A DNA stretch of 64,000 nt, taken from contig CALXUP010000001.1 of assembly GCA_944391715.1 (NCBI GenBank), positions 13,790 through 77,789 of the forward strand, written 5' to 3'. The notes under the pieces were generated by a model. It had not been told where the DNA came from. It saw only the letters and a program-made list of their open reading frames with translations, and ran no database searches. This stretch comes from an uncultured Alphaproteobacteria bacterium. Lineage in GTDB: Bacteria > Pseudomonadota > Alphaproteobacteria > RF32 > CAG-239. A program made the position numbers and the translations under genes. Each line of letters begins with the position of its first letter. Positions within the stretch are counted from its first letter, which is position 1. Below are positions 50,424 through 60,349 of the stretch, in pieces.

Positions 50424-51095
50424 ATGATTATTAACAAACCAAAGCTTATAATCTGGGATTTTGACGGGGTTATTTCCGATACGGAATATCTGTGGCTTGA
50501 AAATTGGCAGATTTTGTTAAAAAAACGTTTGGACGTTGATTGGGATTTTGAAACCGTCAACCGGCACTTGGGCGGAATGAGTCCGAAAACAAAAATTGAG
50601 AATCTGGCAAAGCTCGGAATCATCATTGATAATGATTTTATTGACGAATTGAAAATTCTTGACTGGCAGGCAATGGAAAAAATGCTTCCGGTTGACGGCG
50701 TGGAAGAAATTTTTGAAACGGAAAATTTTGCACAATGCATTGCAACCGGCGGAAACAGAGATAAAACAGAAAAAAAGCTTGATGTTTTGGGGTTTAACGT
50801 TTATTTCCGGCCGGAATATATTTTTACGGCTCAACAAGTGGAACACGGCAAGCCGGAACCTGATTTATTTTTATTTGCGGCCAAGCAGATGGGGTATAGT
50901 CCGAAAAACTGTATTGTGATTGAAGATTCCCTTGCCGGGCTGACGGCTGCTCAAAAAGCCGGAATGACAACTTTTGCTTATCTCGGCTGTCCGATGAATA
51001 ATCATCCGGAATACATAGAAAAAGTTAAGAAATTGGGCATAAAGCATATCTTTTTTAATATGCGGGATGTAAAAAAAGCATTGGAAAATTTATAA
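50424..51095 (+). CDS. HAD-superfamily phosphatase
   Basis: WDFDGVISDTE, GKPEPD, IEDS. Confidence 0.9.
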   Translation: MIINKPKLIIWDFDGVISDTEYLWLENWQILLKKRLDVDWDFETVNRHLGGMSPKTKIENLAKLGIIIDNDFIDELKILDWQAMEKMLPVDGVEEIFETENFAQCIATGGNRDKTEKKLDVLGFNVYFRPEYIFTAQQVEHGKPEPDLFLFAAKQMGYSPKNCIVIEDSLAGLTAAQKAGMTTFAYLGCPMNNHPEYIEKVKKLGIKHIFFNMRDVKKALENL

Positions 51096-51097
51096 AA

Positions 51098-51129
51098 GAA
51101 AAGCCTTACTCAAAAAGTAAGGCTTTTTT
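51098..51129. terminator. Bidirectional intrinsic terminator
   Basis: AAAAGCCTTACT-loop-AGTAAGGCTTTT. Confidence 0.85.
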
Positions 51130-51130
51130 C

Positions 51131-52384
51131 TTAAGAATTCATATTGTTGAAAAAGTCGTCGTTGTCTTTACTCAGACGGAGCTTGTCAAGCAGGAATTCC
51201 ATGCCGTCGGTCATTCCCATCTGCATCAGGACGCGGCGCAATACCCACATTTTGGCCAAGCGGTCTTTATCAACCAGCAATTCTTCTTTTCGTGTTCCGG
51301 AACGGGTAATGTCAATAGTCGGGAACAGGCGTTTGTCGGTCAGTTTGCGGTCCAAAATGATTTCGGAGTTGCCGGTTCCCTTGAATTCTTCAAAAATAAC
51401 CTCATCCATACGTGAGCCGGTATCAATCAAAGCGGTAGCGATAATCGTTAACGATCCGCCTTCTTCAACATTACGAGCCGCACCGAGCAGGCGTTTCGGG
51501 CGCTGCAAAGCATTGGCATCGACACCGCCGGTCAAAACTTTACCGGATGAAGGGATTACCGTATTATAAGCCCGGCCCAGACGTGTGATGGAATCGAGCA
51601 GAATGACAACGTCTTTTTTGGTTTCTACCAGCCTTTTGGCCTTTTCGATAACCATTTCGGCAACCTGAACATGGCGGGAAGCCGGTTCATCAAACGTGGA
51701 GGAAATGACTTCGCCTTTAACCGAGCGGGTCATATCGGTTACTTCTTCCGGACGTTCGTCAATCAGCAATACCATCAGGTAACATTCCGGGTGATTGGTG
51801 GCAATGGCATGAGCAATATTTTGCAACATAACCGTTTTACCGGTGCGCGGCGGCGCCACAATCAGTCCGCGCTGACCTTTGCCTTGCGGTGCAATCAAAT
51901 CGATAACGCGGGTGGTATAATCTTTTTCGCCGCAAATGATGTCAAAATTGAGTTTTTCAGTCGGATAAAGCGGCGTTAAATTGTCAAAATTGACCCGGAG
52001 TTTGGATTTTTCAGGGTCTTCAAAGTTAATACTGTTGATTTTGGTCAGGGCAAAATAACGCTCGTTATCTTTAGGCGCGCGAATTTCACCTTCAACAGTA
52101 TCGCCGGTTCTTAATCCGAACTTTTTAACCTGGGACGGAGAAACATAAATATCATCCGGTCCGGCCAGATAATTGGACTCTGCAGAACGTAAAAAACCGA
52201 AGCCGTCTTGCAGAACTTCGATTACACCGTCTCCGTTAATAACATTGTCTTCGTCTGCCACTTTTTTCAAAATAGCAAACATTAAATCTTGTACCCGCAT
52301 GGAGGATGCGTCGTCAATGCCTAAATCTTCGGCCTGAGTCAACAGCTCTTTCGGGGACTTTTGTTTGAGATCTTTTAAATTCAT
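51131..52384 (-). CDS. rho: Transcription termination factor Rho
   Basis: [33 protein letters not shown]. Confidence 0.98.
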   Translation of the reverse strand: MNLKDLKQKSPKELLTQAEDLGIDDASSMRVQDLMFAILKKVADEDNVINGDGVIEVLQDGFGFLRSAESNYLAGPDDIYVSPSQVKKFGLRTGDTVEGEIRAPKDNERYFALTKINSINFEDPEKSKLRVNFDNLTPLYPTEKLNFDIICGEKDYTTRVIDLIAPQGKGQRGLIVAPPRTGKTVMLQNIAHAIATNHPECYLMVLLIDERPEEVTDMTRSVKGEVISSTFDEPASRHVQVAEMVIEKAKRLVETKKDVVILLDSITRLGRAYNTVIPSSGKVLTGGVDANALQRPKRLLGAARNVEEGGSLTIIATALIDTGSRMDEVIFEEFKGTGNSEIILDRKLTDKRLFPTIDITRSGTRKEELLVDKDRLAKMWVLRRVLMQMGMTDGMEFLLDKLRLSKDNDDFFNNMNS

Positions 52385-52857
52385 TGATTACCTTGAAATT
52401 TGGATAAGATTAAATATTTCTTTGGAAGGTAAGTTTTTTATAGTATGTTCTTTGTGAGATGTCAAATGTTTGTTAGAAAAAAATATTAACAGCCCCGCAG
52501 GGCAAACATTTAAATTTTTAAAAAAGTTTTTGTGGTTTGTATATTCCTGTGAGTTCTGTGGATTAAATTTTATCGGCAGAGTTATCCAGATGTTAATAAT
52601 TTATTAATCGAATCGTTAAGACTTTTTTAACCTTGGTTAAGAATCGTTTAAGAATCTTGTAAAGAGTTTTTTAACAATTTGAGCGAAAAAAAAGTTATCC
52701 AGAGCTGTTTATTCCGTTATCCCCCTGTATATAACTTTTAGATATAAATTCTTTTTACGGTGATAAAATTGTATAACAGTTTCAAAAGAGGCTGTTATCC
52801 ACAGAAACGGCGCTTTTTGTGGATAAGACTCATAACCCTTTGTTTTGGGAGAAAGAT
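52385..52857. other. Probable chromosomal replication origin (oriC)
   Basis: Perfect DnaA boxes at 52795-52803 and 52818-52826, near-matches at 52557, 52582, 52695, 52726; AT-rich; TTAA-N7-TTAA x3; GAATC x3; divergent rho/coaE context near parAB/parS. Confidence 0.85.
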
Positions 52858-53445
52858 ATGAAATTGGCGGCAATTACCGGATCTATCGGCTGCGGAAAGA
52901 CAACGCTTGCCGGTTTGGCCAGAGAGCTTGGTTTTGTGGTGTTTGATGCGGATAAATGGAGCCGGCGTCTTTATTTTCAGCAAGATTATATTAAGAAAAT
53001 AGCCGAAGTTTTTCCGGATGCGATGGATAACGGGAAGGTTGATAAAAAAAAGTTGCGGGAGCTGGTTTTTAATGACAATGAAAAGCTAAAACAACTTGAG
53101 GCAGTTTCTCATCCTTTTCTAAAACAGAAATTAAAAGAAGTTATTAATAAAAACCGGTTTAGCGATGATATCTTTTTTTTGGATGCCGCTTTGCTTTTTG
53201 AGGCCGGATGGGATAAATACTGCGACCTTATTATCGTAGCTGATGTTGATTATGACATTCAGAAAAAAAGGGTTATGAAAAGGGACGGGATTTCGGCCGA
53301 GGCTTTTGACAAGATTAATTCCGTTCAGATGAAAAACAAAGATAAGATTGCTTTGTCCGATGTGGTTGTGGATACAGACAAGCCATTAAATTTGTTGAAA
53401 ACAGAGCTGCTTTGCATTATAGATGATTTGTCTGATGCTTTTTAA
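52858..53445 (+). CDS. coaE: Dephospho-CoA kinase
   Basis: ITGSIGCGKT, DAD, LEAVSHP, LLFE, KRD. Confidence 0.93.
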   Translation: MKLAAITGSIGCGKTTLAGLARELGFVVFDADKWSRRLYFQQDYIKKIAEVFPDAMDNGKVDKKKLRELVFNDNEKLKQLEAVSHPFLKQKLKEVINKNRFSDDIFFLDAALLFEAGWDKYCDLIIVADVDYDIQKKRVMKRDGISAEAFDKINSVQMKNKDKIALSDVVVDTDKPLNLLKTELLCIIDDLSDAF

Positions 53446-53454
53446 GGAAACAAT

Positions 53455-54171
53455 ATGGCAAGAGAGATTGTATTTGATACCGAAACAACGGGCTTTGATC
53501 CGGAAAACGGCGACCGGTTGGTCGAAATCGGTGCGGTGGAGCTGATTAATCATATTCCGACCGGTGTTACTTATCATCAATATATTAACCCGGAACGGGA
53601 TGTGCCGGAGGAAGCTTATAAAATTCACGGTCTGTCTTATGAATATTTGAAGGATTTTCCGACTTTTGCCCAAGTGGCTGACGAATGGGTCGAGTTTGTC
53701 GGCGATGCAACTTTGGTAGCGCATAATGCAAAATTTGATATTAACTTTATCAATTATGAGCTTAAGCAACTCGGAAAAGACGGGTATTCCTGGGACAGGG
53801 TGGTTGATACTCTGGAAATTGCCAAAATTCTTTTTCCGGGAGCTAGAAACAATTTGGATGCTTTGTGTCGGCGTTTTAACGTTGACAATACCGAACGTAC
53901 GCTGCACGGCGCTTTGCTTGATGCCCAGTTGCTGGCTGAAGTTTATCTTGAACTGTTGGGCGGTCGGGAACCGAGCTTTTTGCTGGATAAAAACAAAAAA
54001 CAGGCTGCCTCGGTTCAGGTTTCGGAATCCGATATTGTCAGAAAATTCCGGGAACCGCGGATTTTTGCTTTAAGTGAAGAAGATATGAAACTTCATAATG
54101 ATTTTTTGAGTACGAAAATTAAAGATGCCATATGGACAGCTGTTTCTGAAACAGATGCCGTTAATAAATAA
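53455..54171 (+). CDS. dnaQ: DNA polymerase III epsilon subunit
   Basis: FDTETTG, HNAKFD, LHGALLDA. Confidence 0.96.
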   Translation: MAREIVFDTETTGFDPENGDRLVEIGAVELINHIPTGVTYHQYINPERDVPEEAYKIHGLSYEYLKDFPTFAQVADEWVEFVGDATLVAHNAKFDINFINYELKQLGKDGYSWDRVVDTLEIAKILFPGARNNLDALCRRFNVDNTERTLHGALLDAQLLAEVYLELLGGREPSFLLDKNKKQAASVQVSESDIVRKFREPRIFALSEEDMKLHNDFLSTKIKDAIWTAVSETDAVNK

Positions 54172-54228
54172 TAGATATTTTTTGTTTTTTATGTTATATT
54201 TTTATAATAATTATTACCAGGTGTTGAA

Positions 54229-54984
54229 ATGTCTGATTTTGATGTTCATGAACTTTTTGAAGAAGATAAATTGCTGGTGAGAGCAATGGATAATCCTATG
54301 CTTGTCAGAAGAAATCGTAATCTTGCTTATGATTTTTCAATATGGGCAGAGGAAGTTGAATTAATGAAAAAAGGCTGTTTTACAAGTGTTTCAACTACAT
54401 TGCTGGTGAAAGGCGAGAAAATTCCTACCTATAAGAATATAGGCTTTCTTATAAATGGTAAAAAAGCAGAAGCTTTTCATTTTTCTGAATCTGACAGTGG
54501 AAGCAGCGGAAATATTTCCAATGGGGATTTTCATGCCAACAGAACGGATATTTATTCTTTGGAAGAATTGACGCAAAGAATTCGTGCTAAACATTCCGGT
54601 GTTATGAATGAAGTTAACCTGAATATAAGAACTATTGATGCTGTAGAAGGGTTGTTTGTTAATTTGGCAAAATCAGAGCTTCCAAAGGCTTATATTTTAA
54701 TGGCTCAGGAGTATTTTAGAATGCAAACGGGCAGAAAATTGCAAATTTATACTTATGATATTGAGAAAGGTGCCTTAGAAGAATATAACCCTTCGAAAGA
54801 AGAAATAGAAGATTTGATGACAAGATTGAAAAATAATAAGAAATTGCGTTCGTCTAACTTGGGATATTGGCTGGATGAAGATGAAGAAGGTATATATAAA
54901 GATTATTTTTCAATACAATATGAAAAACGTCAGCTTGATGATAATACCCTTGCTTTTATGAATGTACGAACAAAAGGGCGTTAA
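54229..54984 (+). CDS. AT-rich hypothetical protein
   Basis: 251-aa ORF with own TATAAT-like promoter and terminator, visibly lower GC than neighbours. Confidence 0.8.
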   Translation: MSDFDVHELFEEDKLLVRAMDNPMLVRRNRNLAYDFSIWAEEVELMKKGCFTSVSTTLLVKGEKIPTYKNIGFLINGKKAEAFHFSESDSGSSGNISNGDFHANRTDIYSLEELTQRIRAKHSGVMNEVNLNIRTIDAVEGLFVNLAKSELPKAYILMAQEYFRMQTGRKLQIYTYDIEKGALEEYNPSKEEIEDLMTRLKNNKKLRSSNLGYWLDEDEEGIYKDYFSIQYEKRQLDDNTLAFMNVRTKGR

Positions 54985-55020
54985 AAAATCCCAAAGATAA
55001 AAACTTTGGGATTTTTTTTT
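54984..55020. terminator. Bidirectional intrinsic terminator
   Basis: AAAAATCCCAAAG-loop-CTTTGGGATTTTT. Confidence 0.85.
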
Positions 55021-55516
55021 ATTTGTTTTCTGTCTGATTTGAGTTTTTTTGTTTGCGAATTTGATACATTGCCACAAAGTCTATCGGGTTTATCATCAAA
55101 GGCGGCAAACCGGCTGCAATCAGCGATGTTGTTATATAGCTGCGGGCATAAGGGAAAAGCATACGAGGGATTTCAATCAACAAAACAGGTTCAAGATGTT
55201 CTTCCGGTACGTTCAAAGCCGTAATGCCGCAATAGTCTATTTCCAATATAAATAAAGGCTGGGTGCCGACAATGCCGTCAATGCGGATTTTTAACGAAAC
55301 GTTGAAATAGTTGTCATGCAGGTGGTCTGCGCGGACGTCAACATCAATATTGATTTCCGGCGTCTGGCTCAGATTGCGAAAGATTTCCGGTGCATGCGGA
55401 ATTTCGAGCGAAAAATCTTTAATATACTGGGTATTGATGACAATCGGCGGCTGATGAGCGGCGTCGGCATTGTCATTGGCTGTCGGCTGTTCCGGATTTT
55501 GGTTTTCTTCTGACAT
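55019..55516 (-). CDS. secB: Protein export chaperone SecB
   Basis: QYIKDFSLEIP, LFPYAR, PPLMINPIDF. Confidence 0.93.
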   Translation of the reverse strand: MSEENQNPEQPTANDNADAAHQPPIVINTQYIKDFSLEIPHAPEIFRNLSQTPEINIDVDVRADHLHDNYFNVSLKIRIDGIVGTQPLFILEIDYCGITALNVPEEHLEPVLLIEIPRMLFPYARSYITTSLIAAGLPPLMINPIDFVAMYQIRKQKNSNQTENK

Positions 55517-55649
55517 AGTTTTCTCCTTTAATTGTATTTTGTTTATTGATATCCTGAAAATATTGAAACGTCAAATATTATAGTTGATAAAAGTTACAAA
55601 TCGGCTATATATATAATACATAATCAGCAATTTTTTATTGGAGAAAATC

Positions 55650-56312
55650 GTGCCGGGTTACTTTGATATTTTGGTTCTTTTTGTGGTGGTTTTAGTAATT
55701 TTTAAGAGATTGTATTCTATATTGGGTACGAATGCTGAAGGCAAGAGCAAGGCTAAAATCGCCGAAGAAAATGCAGAAAGGATTTTTGACATTATCATGA
55801 AAGAAGCCGAAAAAAATCAGATGATGGAAATATCAAGAGATGAAAAATCTTCACAAATATCTGAGAATCTGACAGATACGGAAAAAGCTTTGCAGCAAAT
55901 TCCGAATTTTGACGAGAATAAGTTTTTGTTTGGCGCCAAAAAGGCTTTTGAAATGATTGTCGAATCTTTTTCAAAAGGCGATATTGAGACTTTGGAAATG
56001 CTGGTCAGCAAAAAAATTTTGAAAAAGTTTCAGGATATTATTGAGCAAAGAAAAGCCGAAGGAATCGTTTCCGAGGCCGATTTTATCGGTTTTGACAAGG
56101 CTGAAATCGTCAAAGCCAAAATTTCGGCCGATAATATTGCAAAGATTACCGTTGAGTTTATTTCTCAGCAGGTTAATCTTTTGAAAAACGCCAAAGGCGA
56201 AGTCATTGAGGGTGATGAGAATTTTGTTCAATGTATTTCCGATACCTGGACTTTTGAAAGGGCTTTAACTTCAACTAACCCCAACTGGTTGTTGGTTTCT
56301 ACGAGAAAGTAA
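55650..56312 (+). CDS. Tim44/TimA family protein
   Basis: N-terminal TM, LYSILG, FLFGAKKAFEMIV, DTWTFER..PNWLL; secB-Tim44-mltA synteny. Confidence 0.85.
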   Translation: MPGYFDILVLFVVVLVIFKRLYSILGTNAEGKSKAKIAEENAERIFDIIMKEAEKNQMMEISRDEKSSQISENLTDTEKALQQIPNFDENKFLFGAKKAFEMIVESFSKGDIETLEMLVSKKILKKFQDIIEQRKAEGIVSEADFIGFDKAEIVKAKISADNIAKITVEFISQQVNLLKNAKGEVIEGDENFVQCISDTWTFERALTSTNPNWLLVSTRK

Positions 56313-57515
56313 ATGATGACGGGAACTAAAAATTTGAAATTATTGGCTTTGCTGCTGGCGCTTTTTGCCTGCGGCAAGGAAGAAGAGCAACCTTCCGAAC
56401 AAACGGAAGTTTTACCTGTGGCCGAAGAAAAAGCTGATAAGGCTGATTTTGAGCTTAAACCGGTTGATTATGGCTCTTTATCGGGATGGAAAAATGATGA
56501 TTTGAAAACGGCCATGCAGGCTTTTTCTCTTTCCTGTCAGAAAATTATGACCTCTGACGAGGAGTTTCTTTCGGATCATTCTCTGGTTAAGATTCCGACG
56601 GCGGCTTATAAAGAAATTTGTCAGAAACTTGGGGCGACTGCTCCGCTTGAATATCATAATTTTATTGAGCAGAATTTTACGCCTTATCAGGTTTTGTTCA
56701 AGGGAAACGATATCGGACAATTTACGTCTTATTTTGAACCGACCATCAGGGTTTCCGAAACACGCGGACATGAATACAATTATCCTATTTACGGCCGGCC
56801 GTATGATTTGTTTGAATTGAATCTGAAGGATTTTGACGAGGCTTATCCGAATAAAAAACTGATGGGGCGTATTGTCGGACAGAAGTTTGTACCTTATTAT
56901 ACCCGGGAGGAGATTTCCAAAGTCATGATGAAAGCTCCGGTTATTTTATGGGCAGCGAATCCGGTGGATTTGTTTATTGTTCAAATTCAGGGCTCTGCCG
57001 TGGCTGAAATGGAAGACGGACGAAAGGTCAGAATTGCTTATGACAGCAATAACGGGCACAAATTTATCGGCATAGGCAGAATCCTGCTTGACAGAGGTCT
57101 TATTCGTAAAGACAAGTCTTCCATGATGGAAATTAAGAAATGGATGCATGATAATTATGATATTGCCAAGGAACTTATGAATGAAAACAAGCGTTATGTT
57201 TTCCACCGGTTGTCATACGAAAGCGGTCCGGTTGGGGCTGAGGGTGTTGTTTTAACAGCAGGAAGAAGTCTGGCCGTTGATGAAAATTATATTCCTTACG
57301 GGAGCTTGCTCTGGCTTGAAACAACAATGCCAAAATACGGCGAAACTTATAAAATGGTTGTTGCACAAGATACCGGAGAGGCAATAAAAGGTGCTATCCG
57401 GGGCGATTATTTTTGGGGTACGGGAAGTGATGATGTTTTGGAACTTGCCGGAAAAATGAATTCTACTGGACGCTATTATATTTTTATTCCCAAAGGCGTG
57501 GAGGTTAATCTTTAA
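56313..57515 (+). CDS. mltA: Membrane-bound lytic transglycosylase A
   Basis: Lipobox LFAC, TSYFEP, QIQGS, SLAVD, AQDTGEAIKG..RGDYF. Confidence 0.92.
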   Translation: MMTGTKNLKLLALLLALFACGKEEEQPSEQTEVLPVAEEKADKADFELKPVDYGSLSGWKNDDLKTAMQAFSLSCQKIMTSDEEFLSDHSLVKIPTAAYKEICQKLGATAPLEYHNFIEQNFTPYQVLFKGNDIGQFTSYFEPTIRVSETRGHEYNYPIYGRPYDLFELNLKDFDEAYPNKKLMGRIVGQKFVPYYTREEISKVMMKAPVILWAANPVDLFIVQIQGSAVAEMEDGRKVRIAYDSNNGHKFIGIGRILLDRGLIRKDKSSMMEIKKWMHDNYDIAKELMNENKRYVFHRLSYESGPVGAEGVVLTAGRSLAVDENYIPYGSLLWLETTMPKYGETYKMVVAQDTGEAIKGAIRGDYFWGTGSDDVLELAGKMNSTGRYYIFIPKGVEVNL

Positions 57516-57517
57516 AG

Positions 57518-58027
57518 ATGGCCAGAAAGTCTCCCAATAAAGCTGATGCCCTGGTTTATAAGGCATTGCAGAAGGCTGTTGAACAAGACAGACTGCGGGT
57601 TTATCTGGATTATGCCAAAGTTAACCGGCCGCAGTCGCCGGTGTATGATCCGTGGGAATGTCTGCTGCCGGTTCTGATCCCGGTGATGATTGGTTTGCTG
57701 CTGATTGTCGGGGTCGGTGTTTTGTTTGGTTTGCTTTTTATTGTCGTGATGATTTTGGTCTATAGCACATATGTCAAAAAAATTATGCATAAAAAGCTGA
57801 TTGAACGGACAAAACGCTTTTTGACGGCAGATTATGATAATTGCTGTAAATTGTGGGAGTTTGGCGGAATTGTTCTGGTGAATACGCAGAATAAAAAAAT
57901 CGGCTGTGTGGCTCCGGAAGGCGACTGGAAAGATTTTGTCGTGCTTAATTATGCCGATTTGATGGTTGACCATAATAATGAAAAATCTGAACAAAAACAA
58001 GAAGGCGACGACTCAAAATCAGCCTGA
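57518..58027 (+). CDS. Hypothetical membrane protein
   Basis: 169 aa with central hydrophobic hairpin; tightly packed in operon. Confidence 0.75.
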   Translation: MARKSPNKADALVYKALQKAVEQDRLRVYLDYAKVNRPQSPVYDPWECLLPVLIPVMIGLLLIVGVGVLFGLLFIVVMILVYSTYVKKIMHKKLIERTKRFLTADYDNCCKLWEFGGIVLVNTQNKKIGCVAPEGDWKDFVVLNYADLMVDHNNEKSEQKQEGDDSKSA

Positions 58028-58538
58028 AGACGTTGATTTCTGGCAGGAATTTGTTAAAGGCGTACAGAAGATTCCGGCGCCGAACCTTGATTTGTCCAAA
58101 CCGCAGACCGAACTTCCCGAAATCAGGCAGAGTATTAATATTTTTGAGTTTTATAAAGGCGAAAAACTGGATTATCTTCGTCCGGGAAGTTTTAACAATA
58201 TAGATGCCAATACTGTTAAAAGATTTAGGCACGGTGCGTTTAAAATCGAAGCGCGGCTTGATTTGCATGGTTGTCTGGTGGATGAGGCTTTCGGTAAAGT
58301 GGAAAAGTTTTTGCAAAATGCGGTTCAACGCGGGTTGCGTTGTGTTCAGATTATAACCGGAAAAGGACTGCATCGGGAAGATGATGATATTTTTTCTCCC
58401 CGCGGTGTCTTGAAAGATCTGGTGCCGCAATGGCTGAATCAGGATCATTTACGGCCGCTTTTGCTGGCTTTTGATTATTCTCCGGTTGAGGAAGGCGGAG
58501 ACGGGGCGCTGCTTTTGCTTTTGCGCCGAAAGCACTAA
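57978..58538 (+). CDS. Smr/MutS2 domain protein
   Basis: LDLHG, ITGKG, VPQWL, GGDGA. Confidence 0.9.
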   Translation: MKNLNKNKKATTQNQPEDVDFWQEFVKGVQKIPAPNLDLSKPQTELPEIRQSINIFEFYKGEKLDYLRPGSFNNIDANTVKRFRHGAFKIEARLDLHGCLVDEAFGKVEKFLQNAVQRGLRCVQIITGKGLHREDDDIFSPRGVLKDLVPQWLNQDHLRPLLLAFDYSPVEEGGDGALLLLLRRKH

Positions 58539-59176
58539 TTTTTGATTTTTTTATCCGTACTGTGGCAATAAGCGGCGACCGGACAGTTTGCACAATCCGG
58601 ATTTTGGGCTTTGCAGATGTATCTTCCGAACAAAACCAGCCAGTGATTGGCATTTTTTTTGAAATTATCCGGTAGAACACTGTTCAAATCTTTTTCCACT
58701 TCCAGCGGGTTTTTTCCTTTGCTGAAATCTAAGCGGTGGGAAATGCGGAAAACGTGGGTATCAACGGCAATTGTCGGTTTGTTGAACCAAACGTTTAAGA
58801 CCACATTGGCGGTTTTGCGTCCGACGCCGGCAAGGCTTTCCAAAGCCTTGCGTTCGGCAGGGACTTCACCGTTGTATTTTTCGACCAGTTCTTTGCTCAT
58901 GGCCATAATGTTTTTGGCTTTGTTATTATATAATCCGATAGTTTTGATATATTCTTTCAGTCTGTCTATGCCCAGGTTCAGAATTTTTTGCGGCGTATCG
59001 GCGATTTTGAAGAGTTCTTTGGTGGCTTTGTTTACGCCTTTGTCCGTGCTTTGTGCTGATAGTATTACGGCAACAAGCAATGTGTAAGCATTGGCGTAAT
59101 CGAGTTCACAGCGCGGATCCGGGTCGCGTTGGTTGAAAATTTCCATTATCTCAAGGATTTCTTTTTTGTTTCTCAT
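58535..59176 (-). CDS. nth: Endonuclease III
   Basis: LSAQSTD, HhH GVGRKTANV, VDTH, C-terminal 4Fe-4S cysteines. Confidence 0.96.
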   Translation of the reverse strand: MRNKKEILEIMEIFNQRDPDPRCELDYANAYTLLVAVILSAQSTDKGVNKATKELFKIADTPQKILNLGIDRLKEYIKTIGLYNNKAKNIMAMSKELVEKYNGEVPAERKALESLAGVGRKTANVVLNVWFNKPTIAVDTHVFRISHRLDFSKGKNPLEVEKDLNSVLPDNFKKNANHWLVLFGRYICKAQNPDCANCPVAAYCHSTDKKIKN

Positions 59177-60255
59177 CAGGCTTTTACTCCTCCGGCGCCG
59201 GCGGCTTTCGGGGCGTTTTCATCCAAAGGCCATCGCGGGCGCGGTTTGAAGTCCAGATTGTTGGTATAACCGGCGCGGAATCGTTCCAGTCCGGCCCAGG
59301 CGATCATAACGCCGTTGTCGGTACAAAAACGTACCGGCGGTGCGGAAAATACCATATTGTTGGCAATGGCCAGGAGTTCCAGGCGATTTCTTAAAAAAGT
59401 ATTGGAAGCCACGCCGCCCGATACGACAAGATCTTTGCCGGCAGGGTAATGTTCATGGAAATAACGGATTGCTTTTTCCAATTTATGGCAGAGACATTCA
59501 GTAACGGCAAACTGAAATCCGGCACAGATATCTGCAATGTCTTGTTCCGGTAAAATGGCGTGTTCCACGATACCGTCCGGTGCGTAAGATTCAATGATTT
59601 TGCGAACGGCGGTTTTTAGTCCGGAAAAAGACAAATTGCAGTCAGGCGAGTTATAAAGCGGCCGGGGCAGAACAAAGCGCCGGCTGTTGCCGATATCGGC
59701 CATTTTTTCTATCATCGGGCCGCCGGGATAGCCCAGTCCCAGCATTTTTGACACTTTGTCAAAGGCCTCGCCGGCCGCGTCGTCAATAGTCGTTCCCAGA
59801 CGTTCATATTCTCCGACGTTTTTAACTACTAAAATCTGGCAATGTCCTCCCGAAACCAACAGAAGAAGATACGGATATTGGACATCACTGGTCAGGCGGG
59901 CGGCAAGTGCATGCCCTTCAAGATGATTGACGGCGATAAAGGGTTTGTTTAATGCCAGAGCCATGGCTTTGGCCGACATTACACCGACAACAACGCCGCC
60001 GATTAATCCCGGTCCGGAAGATGCGGCGATTGCATCAACATCAGCGGGCTTTAACCGGGCTTTGGCAAAAGTATGTTCAATTATTTCATCAATATGTTCC
60101 AAATGGGAACGTGCGGCAATTTCCGGAACAACGCCGCCGAAAGGCTTGTGTTCTTCCAGCTGGGTCAACAGGCATTCGCCCAAAATCTGCCGTTTGTCAT
60201 TGACAATAGCGGCGGCGGTTTCGTCGCAGCTGCTCTCAATTCCTAAAACTATCAT
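59176..60255 (-). CDS. tsaD: tRNA t6A transferase TsaD
   Basis: GIESSCDET, HLEGH, VSGGH, GEAFDK, TDNGVMI. Confidence 0.97.
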   Translation of the reverse strand: MIVLGIESSCDETAAAIVNDKRQILGECLLTQLEEHKPFGGVVPEIAARSHLEHIDEIIEHTFAKARLKPADVDAIAASSGPGLIGGVVVGVMSAKAMALALNKPFIAVNHLEGHALAARLTSDVQYPYLLLLVSGGHCQILVVKNVGEYERLGTTIDDAAGEAFDKVSKMLGLGYPGGPMIEKMADIGNSRRFVLPRPLYNSPDCNLSFSGLKTAVRKIIESYAPDGIVEHAILPEQDIADICAGFQFAVTECLCHKLEKAIRYFHEHYPAGKDLVVSGGVASNTFLRNRLELLAIANNMVFSAPPVRFCTDNGVMIAWAGLERFRAGYTNNLDFKPRPRWPLDENAPKAAGAGGVKA

Positions 60256-60349
60256 TGTTTATCTCTTTTTTATTGCAGTTTTTTTTTTATTATATACACT
60301 ATAAATCAGTTATTGCAAAGGCTAAATTTCAGGTGAAAGGCGAAAGACG

